The notes beneath the pieces are model-generated. The model saw only the letters and a program-made list of their open reading frames with translations. It ran no database searches and was not told where the DNA came from. The translations under genes and the position numbers were made by a program. From the NCBI GenBank assembly GCA_002269645.1, contig NIVC01001362.1:1-64000 (forward strand): a stretch of DNA of 64,000 bases, given 5' to 3'. This document shows positions 1-11,999 of this stretch, piece by piece; position 1 is the stretch's first letter, and every line of letters starts with the position of its first letter. This DNA is from Macrostomum lignano. Its lineage: Eukaryota.

Positions 1-694
1 ACCTACTGTACACTGGGACCTTATTGTGTTAGTTTATAGGCAGGGGCTGTGTGTACCCTGACGCACTTTAAGCGACATTGTCACACAACCGGCGAGAGTC
101 ATTACTGCCCATTTCGCCGATTCCCCTGAGCAGGCATACAAGCTCGCGATGCGCACGCAGTCATACGCACAGGCACACACTCACACAGGAGTGCACAGCA
201 GCCCTAACTTCATTTATTGTTAGGCATGTACACTTCACTATGCCTTGTGAGTTGGCCCTCAATGACGTTAATTACACGAGCAGAGCCAAGCCGAAATTCC
301 AATTTAGCTCCAAAAATGTGACTGCACTTGTGAATCGAGACTGGGCTGCTGGCACTGCCAGGACCTCAGCGCCAATGAAGCTGCTCAGCAAGTCCTCCGC
401 CATCACGCCAATCACGGAACAAAAAGATACCCTTTGAAGTGCGCCTTGCATAGTGAAAACAGGCGACAATGTCTCTTAAGCTATCATCCTGAAAGTGCAC
501 AAAGTGCATGACATTTGCAAGGGGTCTTGGATGCAACAGTCCCGGCCGTTAAATGTGTTAAATTGGGTTTCCAATTAGAAGGAGCAATGAACTGACCTAC
601 CAACTAGTGTCTCTTTGTTGTCAATATCGAAGTAATAGCCTATTAAAAGGACAATGATGCAACTGGGGATCGCACGTCCTTCTTTACTAACTCA

Positions 695-1414
695 TTCAAG
701 CAATCCCCAGACTAACCTTCAAGCAATCCCAGACTAACCTTCAAGCGATCCACAGACTAGCCTTCAAGCGATCCACAGACTAACCTTCAAGCGATCCCCA
801 GACTAACCTTCAAGCGAGCCCCAGACTAACTTTCAACCAATCCACAGACTATCAAGCGATCCCAGACTAACCTTCAAGCAATCCCCAGACTAACCTTCAA
901 GCGAGCCCCAGCCTAACCTTCAACCAATCCACAGACTAGCCTTCAAGCGATCCCCAGACTAACCTTCAAGCAATCCCCAGACTAACCTTCAAGCAATCCC
1001 CAGACTAACCTTCAAGCAATCCCCAGACTAACCTTCAAGCAATCCCCAGACTAACATTCAAGCGAGCCCCAGACTAACCTTCAAGCGATCCCCAGACTAA
1101 CCTTCAAGCAATCCCCAGACTAACCTTCAAGCAATCCCCAGACTAACCTTCAAGCAATCCCCAGACTAACCTTCAAGCAATCCCAGAATAACCTTCAAGC
1201 AATCCCAGACTAACCTTCAAGCGATCCCAGACTAACCTTCAAGTGATCCCCAGACTAGCCTTCAAGTGATCCCTACACTAACTAACCTTCAAGCGATCCA
1301 CAGACTAACCTTCAAGCGATCCCCAGACTAACCTTCAAGTGATCCCCAGACTAGCCTTCAAGTGATCCCTACACTAACTAACCTTCAAGCGATCCACAGA
1401 CTAACCTTCAAGCG
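695..1414. repeat. Minisatellite, ~23-bp unit TTCAAGCAATCCCCAGACTAACC
   Basis: About 30 directly repeated units with minor variants (gcgatc/gcaatc/gtgatc) read directly from the sequence. Confidence 0.95.
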
Positions 1415-4029
1415 AATCGGAGTTGATTAAACGCTCATAAGAGCAAAGCGTGACTATGTCAGGGGCAGATGAAAGCTGGTACATGTAGCTCGTAGATGCA
1501 GCTATATCAAGTATCACAAAGTCAAAGGTTAGTGTTGGCGCCAGCGTTCTTGATAGCTATAGCTTTTAAACTTCGTTTTACAACCTAAATCTGACAAATC
1601 TGACAATAAATTAATCGGTGGTAATTACGACATATGAAATTTTAAATTTACCGTCCTGCTGTCTTACAGTCTTTAAACCAACTGTTTTTACGATTGAACG
1701 ATGCTAAAACTTTGTTTTAGATTGTTTTCGCTATCAACCCGTTTGTATTGCTAAAGTCTATGCATTTGCCAGCAAGGATAGAGCCTGTGTCAGTTCGGAA
1801 TTTCAACCTTTGCCAACCGGTTTGTTGTCAGCCTTCTCTCATGACACAAAAAACTGCAGAAATTTTTCTCTCTTCGACTGGATACTATCCGAAAAATAGT
1901 TGCATACTAGATGACAAAAAGAGTTTAGAAGAAAGCATCTATGCTTCCTAACCCTCGTTTTGCAGTATGTTAATAAAAAAGTGTTCTGAAAACGCCACTA
2001 GCTGTACGATATTATGAAGCAGAATGTATGCGCACGAGCTGTACAGACACAAGAAACGGCTGAAAGTTCCTTTTTGTTTTTTATTTAAATCTACCCTGTC
2101 TGCAGGGTACTGGCAGACTGGCCAGTACCCTAGGAAGGAAACTGGCAGGGGGTATACTCGTATTATACTGCAATTGTCTCTTAGACTGCACCGTCTATAT
2201 ATAATTTTCAACCATTATAGAACTAGCATAATAAGAATATGTAATTACATGTACTTGTATTCGGTTTGGCTCTTCTCCAACTGCTGCATGAACTCGATAT
2301 GCATGTAAAATCTGAGATGGAGTTTAAATCTGACCTGCTAAATTCAAGCCTGATATTGTAATGGACATTATGTATCCTGTGCGACAATATGATCACAATA
2401 TAAGTTAATTTAGTGCTTCAATTATGCTAGCACGACTCAGCGGGTATGATGTTGCCCCAGGCGTCAGGTCACTTGCGCGGGTGATAAGCATGCAGCTAAT
2501 AATCAAACGAAGCTTGCTTTCTGGTTTACAAGGACAGGTAGTGCTGCTGGAAGAAGACTTCAGCCTCATCAGGCATTGTGGTGAAGGGCGTTGTCCGCGC
2601 AGAATAGGGAATCTAGCTACTGCTTCAGATACTCTAACGGCCTCGTTGCTCCCTGGATGTGTGCAAATGTATTTAGTACATGTTGAAGGCCCAAGTTCTC
2701 TCTGTGAAGTGTCTGTATTGTTCTCTGTTGATGAACATTGCAGCTTGAGATCCAGGCTCTATGTACGAGTTGGGCATAGCCAACAAGAAGATTCAAGTCC
2801 ATTTAGACTTAACTTGTACATGTACGTCATTTTCGCGTGACACCACGGCATGATTGTACATATTTTCATCAAGTTGGATCTCGTTAGGATTTCGTTTTGG
2901 GTTATAGGGTTAGGGTATTAGAGTTAGGGTTCATAGGATAGAGTTTAGGCTGAGCGCTCGTAAGCTAGGGGTTTGGTTTGACAGTCAATTCGCTTGCATG
3001 ACTGCAATTTATCGGTAGTCAATTGTCGAAGACTCCAATGGAGGGAGTGGTTCGATGCTTCAAACGCATTGTAGAAGCTTAATTCAGTCGATGTCATTAA
3101 GGTTTACTCTTGATTCCGAAAGTAAGTAGGCCACGATTTATCGTTCAATATCTGTTATGTTTATTAGCTAAATACAGCTTTTCATAGTCTTCTATTGGCT
3201 ATCGAATGTAGATCTGCATCTGCGCCAGAAATATTTAATGACGCTAGCTACAAACTGTTCGATTGTTGACCTGCCCGAGACCTACTGAGCTGTTTTTGCC
3301 ATCGCTCAGGCTGCAGCTATTTTTTGCGTAGAACGCTTGTTTTTTCAGGAAATTATCTACGGTACAGTAAGAGCAGTAATTGTGCGTTCATATTCAAGCA
3401 GGGTTTTTTTAAGACAAGCCTGTCCTCCGCAGGCACGCAATGACTGTACAGTTCCGTGCATGCACAAGAGAGATTAATAGCTAGTGTCTGTCGTGATGTG
3501 CTCAGGTGTGCTCAGGTTTATTATATAGGCTCTCCAACGCATTGCTACGCATACTTAATGATAAATATATGCAGGAAAGCGAAAAATAAATTCTGCAATA
3601 AGTATCTGCTATACGAGTAATTAACTTTTTCCAGGTAAGTACGAGTATTTTTGTCTGAAACGTTTGGATAGATAAGCGAACAGAAAAATATTTAATCTTG
3701 AAACATGCCTCGTTTAGTGTTTTCCTTAGGATGATGCAGCTATGCAAATTTTCAAGTCAAGAATCTTCCCGCTTGGTTATTACTTATTATCCATATGCTG
3801 ACGGCTTTTGATGGTTAGTGAAACGGTTTTTGCAAGCTCAAAATTTGAAATCGTCGAAAAAGTGTTGCTAAGCTAGCTCCAGGATTCGAGACTTCGATGT
3901 TGTTTCTTCGATTTGATGTTTCGATATTGTCAAAAATTTTGTCTGGAATGATGAGAAATTCATGTCTACCCGACAATTGACTGCCACAGATTGACTGCCA
4001 ACCCTAATTTAAAAGCAAGCCAAAATTGG

Positions 4030-4148
4030 CACTGGCAGCCAAATGTCACTGACAGTCAAGTGTAACTGACAGTCAAATGTCACTGACAGTCAAATGTCAC
4101 TGACAGTCAAATGTCACTGGCAGTCAAATGTCACTGACAGTCAAATGA
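4030..4148. repeat. Short tandem array, 17-bp unit GTCACTGACAGTCAAAT
   Basis: About 6-7 units; preceded at ~3971 by CGACAATTGACTGCC, which also occurs inverted at ~3014 (GGTAGTCAATTGTCG), suggesting a small non-autonomous element family. Confidence 0.8.
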
Positions 4149-5924
4149 CGATATTCCGTGAAATTTCCAGCTTGTGAAAGATTCCAAATTCTTGTGATTC
4201 CGAAACTTGTGTGGAGGGCAAAACATCGAGATAACTTTACTTTATGCGACTTAAGCTTGAATGAAAACATTTAATAAAAATGAAACATATAATTTTAATA
4301 CTGTTAACAATGACCACTGTAGTAGACGGACTCGGCACTCACGAACCATGGAAAAAGTTTTGAAGGCTGATTTTTTAAGTTTGATGCTGTCTCTTCAGAA
4401 ACAGATATTAAGATGATGAGTTTGCATCCCTACTGCTCATTTGTCTGCCTGTTGCTTTCTTCTGTGATGCATTTTGAGTTCGCAGTAGGCGATTAACTAT
4501 TTCAAGGTGAATATTAGAGCAGCAGGTACTTAGCCCCCATAACACAGTATCCATATCTGCACATACTGCCTGTACAGATGTTACAGACATACGCGTGGTA
4601 AATTTTGAAAAATCATTAAGGTATAAGCGAATTTTAAAACAATTATGGCATTGTACGAGATGGATGTCTCGTAGTTGAAAAGTCTTACGTTTAATTAGTC
4701 TGTGGTACTGGGTAGCCATTTATTGGAAATAAGTATACTAGAAAAAATTGACAATAAAATGCATGAAAATGAGCAAAGCAGAAATAAAAGGCAAAATGTG
4801 AGATCAGTAGAAACTTGGTATCAAAAATGTGACATTCTGGGAAACAAAAATAAATTGACTGAACTCTGAAACAATGCAGAAAAGGTAACTGTAAGGCTAT
4901 TTATAACTAATACGGTAACACAATAATCATCTTTCTAAATCTGACTAAATTGCTAAATTAGGAATTGCACACCAACAAATAGATTGTGGCTGTACTGACA
5001 CGGTGTGGAATTTCATTTTACTGGTGCGGAAGCCAGTGAGGAGGGGAGTGAGGGGATGGTGGGAAGGAAGGTTGAGAGTAGTAGTGTAGAGTGAGGGGAT
5101 AGTTAGGAGGGAAAATGTTACCTGACTGAGCGCATGCAACTATGTTGATGAAATGAAAACAGGTCGAACGGACCAAACTAATAAATAAATAATAATAAAT
5201 GGATTAAGAGCTCAGCTTACCATCAAACTCAAATTCCTTCAATCTGTAGTGCATAGATACAGTCTACAGATACAGCAAATCTAAGTACTATGTTTATACA
5301 ATTTTCACAGAATATTATAATGAGTTGTAAATATTTCCTATCACTATATATAGGCCCTAGTTGTGTTGAACTGCAATTGTTTAGGCTAGGCTATGTTTAG
5401 TTGAGAGAACTAGGACTACAATCATTACAATCAACACAACTTATTAAACCATTAATTTCCAATAAGCAATAAACTGAAGAGATACAAGTTATTTATAAAG
5501 CAAAATTGCATTATACTTAGTGATCTAGGTCAATTAGTAGAGTATTCTAAGCTAACATCTGGCTGATTATAGTTCTGGTTTCATTCTGACAAATCAAAAC
5601 ATTAGTTTTGTTGGTACTAAGCATTAACATTCAATACACGATTATTACAATGCTGTGAAATATAATTAAACCCTCAAAACGCATACAAAGTTTGAATATG
5701 GCTACATATTATTGGCTTAGTGAAGAAAGCGAGTAGCAGAGAATTAAAAAATATGGTCGCACAAACAGACACAAAGCGTACGGAAAATCAGCCTTCAATT
5801 TTTTTCCGTGGTTCGTGAGTGCCGAGTCCTTCTACTACAGTGGTCCTTGATCAAAAACACACAAAAAATGACTGTTAACTTCTCCTTCGATTTACAATAC
5901 CTTGTCATAGTACACAGCCAAGCG

Positions 5925-7235
5925 ATGCAAGCACCGACAGAAAGTCTCATACTGCTACTGGCGTGCACTCTGACGGCGCTCCTGCCGGCTGCTGCAGCTG
6001 CTCAGCCTCAGTTGGATGACGATCTGAACAAATACATTATACTGCCGAAAAACTTCAGTCTAACGCACGAGTGCTGCTGCGAGAACATGATGAACTCGCC
6101 CAGGTTTGACTACTTCTGCCAGGTGTCTGAAAAACCCTACCCGAATGCCAGCTGCATGACTGGTTGGGTAGACTGCTCCGATCTGCCGGGCAGAATCGTG
6201 TACAGCTTGACGATAAACTGTACATCTTACCCATCTGTGACTGTCAATCTGCGAGCTCTCACCGTGGCTCACAACTCAAGCAGCATCGAGAACGAAATCA
6301 GCTATCCGCCACAACTGGTACATCTAGTGAACTGCAACGTAAACGGTTTCGAAGTTGGAATCCTTGAGCTGCCAGCTGAAAATGTCTCCCTCGATTACGG
6401 CATGGAAGTTGCACCGTTTGGAAGTCCGGATAGGCCGGGCGTTGGCGGTTACTACACTGTTAACGTCACTTATCCGCGTGAATTCCGCCAGGCTGACTGT
6501 TGGATGGTGGAATTGAACATTGAAAATGCAAGCACTCTTTGGTATCTGCCGTCCTACCTGTGTCACAAGTGCAACTCTCTCAAGAACATCTTCATATCTA
6601 ATTCTCCAATCGAATGGATCTCGATTCGCGATGTTCTCTCTTTGCATAACGTACGAAGTTTTTCTCTGACCCACAGCCGCCTAAAGTACTTTGCAAGCGA
6701 CGCTCTGAGCACAGCTATCAAGCTATTAGATAGATACCTGGAAGCTGGAGTGCAAACCGGCTGCATCAATGACACTGAAGCCGCGATCAAAGCTCTAAAC
6801 TCAATACGCAGCCGCACAGGACGGTTGAGTAGCCCCACCCAGCTATACGACACGATGGGCACCGCCAATATCGACTTCACCCTGCTATTTGGCTACAGAT
6901 TGAGAAGCGCTTTCTCGGGCAATAAAACCGAGCCCGCCTGCGACATGCCTGGCAAGATGGCCCTGACCGATCTCGATTTGTCTTTCAACGCTTTGACGGA
7001 TATACCTTTCTCAATTAGCATGTTCGATCAGCTGAACCGGGTCAATCTTAGCCACAACAGAATCCGCAGCTTGTACCACGGCTGGATGTGCTGGTATCCG
7101 CCAGTTCCCGAAAACCAGAAGAACACTTCAAACCGGCACTGCTATTGGTTCAGAGCGGCTCGAGCTAGTCTGAAGGTCCTGGACTTGTCATTTAACGAAA
7201 TCAATATGATCGGAGAGATACAGCCTTGGCACCAG
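5925..7235 (+). CDS. Toll-like receptor, exon 1 (signal peptide, N-terminal Cys cluster, first LRRs)
   Basis: ATG 5925 gives MQAPTESLILLLACTLTALLPAAAAA (signal peptide); LRR motifs LTDLDLSFNALTDIP, LNRVNLSHNRIRSL, LKVLDLSFNEINMI; ends at CAG|GTGAG donor (7236), phase 0. Confidence 0.9.
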
Positions 7236-8114
7236 GTGAGCTAATTATTAATACTAAATTGTTGGTTATCATTATACAAAGCAATTGAAAGGGAGTCATT
7301 GAAGTTTGTGTTGGTTGTGGCCGTTTCAAGACCCCGGATTCGTAAAGTGTTGGAACACGATGACACTGATATCGCTCACTCTGCGATCCTATCGATATGA
7401 GTAATAGTCGAACCGGTCGATAAATTGAACCTTCGCAGTAATCAGACACCGTTTTATGGCTCAATTATCTTTTCATTTAGCTCTTAGCTGACTACGTAAA
7501 AAATTGTTACAGAATGATCAAACAGATTTTTAGAAACCCATGAGTCGGGCTGTGTCATTTTAATGGTTTTGAGCAAATACTCATTTAAGTAAAAAAAGAT
7601 ATAAGCAAAATAGTTTTTGTCTCGAAAAAAGGAAAAACGTGCTTCTCCCTACTTTTTTCGGTTAATTCTGCCGTCTAATATTTTCAAAGAAACGCAATTT
7701 CTTCCCCACACTTGGCTGGGCCGTGTCTGTCTACGGTTAAATGCTTTTTCATTTCCTTGGCCAGGCCAAAGAAATGATTGGCTAGGCCAAAGAAATGAGC
7801 TCTCAGCTGGAGAATTCGGCCCAGAGAAGGGAAGAAGCGGAAAGTAAAGCTCTAAACCAAACTGACTGCAATCGATAGCTTTTCGGGCCGGTGGACTAGA
7901 AACGCCGAGACATCTTATCCAGGTCTTTTCATGGGGCTTCCAGTTGATAAAATGAGGATTTCAGGTTAACATAAGTCTCTAGAATGAAGCTTTGCTGTGG
8001 GCTCCAATCATATGCATGTTTAACTTGAAAAAAATCAATGAGTTAAGTGTCTCATAGAATTTTAATATGATTTTTCAGAAATATTGTTCTCTAAAATTCA
8101 CCTCTCCGCTTCAG

Positions 8115-10362
8115 GTGGCGTTGTCGTATCTCATTCTCCGCGGCAACAGAATAATGAGCGTCAACCCGGATGCGTTCGCTTACTCGCCATTAGCCACGAG
8201 CTTGCTGAATTTATATCTGGATGAAAATCTTTTGTCGTATTTTCACCTGGAATGCCTGACCCGACTGGAAGTCCTGAGTCTCGAGGGCTGTCGAATCGCG
8301 AATATCGAGCAGGAATCGCTGCCCAAGTCGAAATCGCTCAGGGAAATCAATCTCGATAGCAACAGAATTTTCGCCATCGCTCCGGGCGTTTTTGAACAGC
8401 TTGAAAAGCTTGAGTTTGTTCGGCTACATCATAACAGGCTGATGCACTTTTATGCGAACAGTTTCAAAACGCCCCCAAGATCGACCTTGGCGTCCAGAGT
8501 CATCATACACATTGCCAACCAGAGCGATATACCCATATGCGACTGCAGCCACGTATATAAGAAGATACTGCAGGATGAGGAGTTTGGAAATCCCCAAAAA
8601 AGCTACGTTTATCCGAGGATTTTGCCAGAAGATATGTCCACCGAGTGCCAGTTCTTCTCCAGATTCAGCTCAACCAGAGTGGTAAAGAAACTAAGCGAAT
8701 CAAATCAAAGTGAGTTTCTATGTGAATTCCAGGACAATCAAAAGCACAAGCTGCCCTGGAATTACTGTAACGAAAACGTCACTATTATGGGTCGAGAAAA
8801 GTGCTTTGTGAAGTGCATCTACGGCTGCCGGTGTTACCACGATGACGGATGGGATATTTCTGACCTGGACTGCACCCCGGGCAATTCCACAGTCACCACC
8901 GACCTGGTTAAGATGCGATTCGAATTCCCAATCAAGTACATGTTCATGGCCGGACTTAAGGACTCGGAGTTCTTCCGGCACGTCTCCAAGGGATCATTTA
9001 AATGGTTGAACGAAAGCGATTCAAATGAATTACTGTTCTTGCAGCTGAATAATAGCAACGTCAAATATGTTGAGAAAGATGCGTTCGCAAATTTTGAGAA
9101 CATAGTTGTTATTTACCTGCACGACAACAATATTACCAGCATTAATCCGAGCCCTTTTATTGGAAACTGCTTTTTAAATAAAAATCTAAACCAGATCACG
9201 CTGCATAACAACAGAATGAACTACATCGACCCGGCAATAATTAATGGAACGTGTCCTGTGGGCCTTTCAGGTGTGAGCTTAAGCGGCAATCCGTGGCACT
9301 GCTCCTGCCATGGAAAATGGATCGAGCTCCACAAAACACTCATCCAGGACTCTAGAAAAACACAAACAGTATCGGACTTCCGAAATATGTATTGCACAAT
9401 TGACGCGTCTATAGTTGGTGCATGCACGGAGAACCGTGAAAATCTGCAATGGAGTGACGTATGCCAAAATGCAAATGATACGGCTAATTACCCAGTTGCC
9501 GACGAAGGCAGACTTGTCAAAGTTTGCGAGCTCATAGCGGACTCGGCAGTGCAGCAGCGAAGGCAGATCGTCCGGATGATTCTAACCTCAGTATTCGGTC
9601 TCGCGCTGCTCGGTGTCGCGATGCTCGCCGTCCGCCGTCGACACCGACTGCTGGCCGTGGTTCGAGTCCTTATCCTCCTCAAGTACCAGAGCAGTCGGCG
9701 ACTGCAGCAGCAGGCATCTCGGGACTCGCTGCCGTACGACGCGATGCTGTGGGCGTCGGACAGAGACCAGGACTGTCTGGTCGACGTGCTGAACTGCGTG
9801 CGCAGCGCCTCGGGCGGAGACGAGCTCGAGCTGTGCGTTCCGGAGAGCTTCCTCTACTCGGACCTGTGCTCCTGTCCGCTCACCTACTTTGACTGTCCGG
9901 CTGAGGGAGCCAAGTTCAGCGGCAAGGTGGTGGTGGCTTTGTCCGAGAGGTTTCTCGACACCCAGTACCTGGCTCTGTGTCAGGTGATTCGAGAGCTCGA
10001 CAGCTTAGGTCGGAATCCGTTCAAGGACATCGTGTTTCTGCGCCTGAGCTCGCGCAGAGTGTCGCTTCAGCGCCAGAGACAGCTCGGACCTGAGGACGTG
10101 GAGGCGTTCCACACTCTGCAGAGAATCCTCGCAGAGAGCGACATCGAATACAAGTCCGTGGACTGGGAGTACAGACTCATCGAGCGCATTCGGAACCGAG
10201 ATCCGGCCGCTGTTCTCCTGTTGGACCGAACAGCGGAACTGGAGTTACCGACGGCAGCTGCTGGCGGTTCGGAAAGACCAGCCGCTACAGCAACTGCGGA
10301 GCTTCCTGATCTTCCTGACGATGAGCAGGCGCTGATTGTCGACGTTGAGCAGCCAGTTACGA
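8115..10362 (+). CDS. Toll-like receptor, exon 2 (LRRs, internal LRRCT/LRRNT Cys clusters, juxtamembrane LRRCT, TM helix, first TIR-like domain)
   Basis: Acceptor CCGCTTCAG| at 8114, phase 0 matches exon 1; LRRs LSYLILRGNRI, LEVLSLEGCRI, LREINLDSNRI; PICDCS and CIYGCRC clusters; LSGNPWHCSC LRRCT; TM ILTSVFGLALLGVAMLAV followed by RRRHR; TIR-like YDAMLWAS..D...LELCV...KVVVALSERFL...IVFL. Donor GA|GTAAGT at 10363 (phase 1); without splicing the frame stops at 10389-10391. Confidence 0.88.
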
Positions 10363-10585
10363 GTAAGTATAACTGCCAGAGCTTTTTGTAGTCTCACTTG
10401 CCCCTTTAGTTGTTAATTTCGTTCCGAAAATTAAACTCTGATACGCAACTCTAGAGTACTACACGTAGCTCGTACATTGAGTTGAATTAGACATTTTCTT
10501 ATCTCGAGAAACTCATGATGCATCTAAAGAAACAATTTTTATTTGTAAAGCTCCAAGCTAACGTTTTAATCAACATATTCAAAAG

Positions 10586-11004
10586 TTCGAGCCGCCGCCG
10601 CTCCCGGTGCGGCTGTCAGTGACTGGCCACCGTTCCACTCGGACAAAGTGCCGGAGGTCTTCATCCTGTCTGCTCCTGAGTCCGCCTCTGACTCGGAGTC
10701 CCGAGCCGACCCAGATTCGAGCTCACACACCGTCGTCGAGCTCATCGTTCGTCGCCTCCAAGGCGTTCGGCTCGGCACCAATGACGCGGCCCTGGCTGCT
10801 CGCTGGCCTGACAACTTCGAGGGCGCCTCGCCAGCCGGCCGCATCAACAGCTTCCTGATGAAGCGAACTCGCCAGTTCGTGCTGCTGCTCAGCAACGGCC
10901 TGCTCAGTTGGCTCAGAGACGAGGCCGAGCTGCAGTGCGAGTTCCAAGCCTTCCTCGCTGCGAACTCGTTCAGACGCCGCCTGCTGGTAGTTCAGGTTGG
11001 ACAG
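10586..11004 (+). CDS. Toll-like receptor, exon 3 (second TIR-like domain)
   Basis: Branch-like GCTAAC ~10557, acceptor AAAAG| 10585, phase 1 matches the 10363 donor (A+TT=Ile); encodes VFILSA...VELIVRRL...RTRQFVLLLS...LQCEFQAF...RRRLLVVQVG (TIR beta/alpha pattern); donor CAG|GTGAGA at 11005. Confidence 0.75.
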
Positions 11005-11043
11005 GTGAGACTGAGTGAGCAGGTGTGAGTTTTGAGTAGCTTT

Positions 11044-11216
11044 GCCTCACTGCTGTGTGAGTGAGACAGCTCTCCCTCACTGCTGTGTGTGAGTGAGACA
11101 GCTCTCCCTCCCTGCTGTGTGAGTGAGACAGCTCTCTCTCACTGCTTTGTGAGTGAGACAGCTCTCCCTCACTGCTGTGTGAGTGAGACAGCTCTCCCTC
11201 ACTGCTGTTTGAGTGA
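11044..11216. repeat. Intronic minisatellite, 30-32-bp unit GTGAGTGAGACAGCTCTCCCTCACTGCTGT(GT), ~5 units
   Basis: Direct reading; lies in TLR intron 3; same unit as the much longer array at 20686-21750. Confidence 0.9.
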
Positions 11217-11240
11217 GTATCGATCTTTATTCACTCGCAG

Positions 11241-11414
11241 GTGGACAGCCGGTCGAGAGCTCGCTACCGGGCGCTGGCGAATCAGCGATTGGACGGCGGG
11301 GAGTCCGGGTCGGCGACGAACTGGTACGACATGAGCGCCGAGGACTGCGACGTCGAGGCGCTGGGGTTGTGGCTGGACGGAGTGCTGTACAAAAAGGCTG
11401 ATTTACGTAAATAA
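11241..11414 (+). CDS. Toll-like receptor, exon 4 (end of second TIR, stop)
   Basis: Acceptor TTCACTCGCAG| 11240, phase 0; VDSRSRARYRALANQRL...WYDMSAEDCDVEALGLWLDGVLYKKADLRK*; the four exons total 4152 nt = 1383 aa + stop. Confidence 0.75.
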   Translation: MDSRSRARYRALANQRLDGGESGSATNWYDMSAEDCDVEALGLWLDGVLYKKADLRK

Positions 11415-11999
11415 TATTTAATTTTAAATTGGACATCCATGGCACATTTTGACTTGAATAGCTCGTACACTCTAAGAAACTAGAAAACGTAGACTTAAAT
11501 TCTGAAGTGTCATATAGACTATTTACATGTACTTATCCGTATATGGTATACGTACTTTAGTTGTTGAGGATTCAAACCTAGGCTACTATTAGTAGCTAGT
11601 AGAAATCTTCTCCACGAAGAAATAGAAGAATTTATGCATTGAATCTGTGCCATAGACCTATTTTTCGTATTTTGTACTTTATTTCCAGCTTTTTGACAAC
11701 GGTATCTGGCAGACGTATCCGGAAGACGTTTGTCTTACTGTTTGTTTGGTCGTGAGCTTTTTTGTCTTTTCTATTTATTCATCGTGCGCCTATTTTTGTT
11801 TCGGAAAAATCTTTAATCTTTTTTTTTAGTTTTAATGCCTTTAGGTTGTTGCTGTCTTATTGTAGAGATCATCACTCGAAAACTTTTATAGCGAGCGTGT
11901 GAATTGGTTATAATTTTCTGGTAACTATGCCATTTTTCTATTTTTCTTAGCTAAAGTACTAATCTTAGTTAGCTAAAAAATATGTACTTCCCTAAACTT

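Noticed and set aside
2424-2840. 138-aa ORF (and 4408-4719, 78-437)
   Set aside because: No recognisable motifs or splice context.
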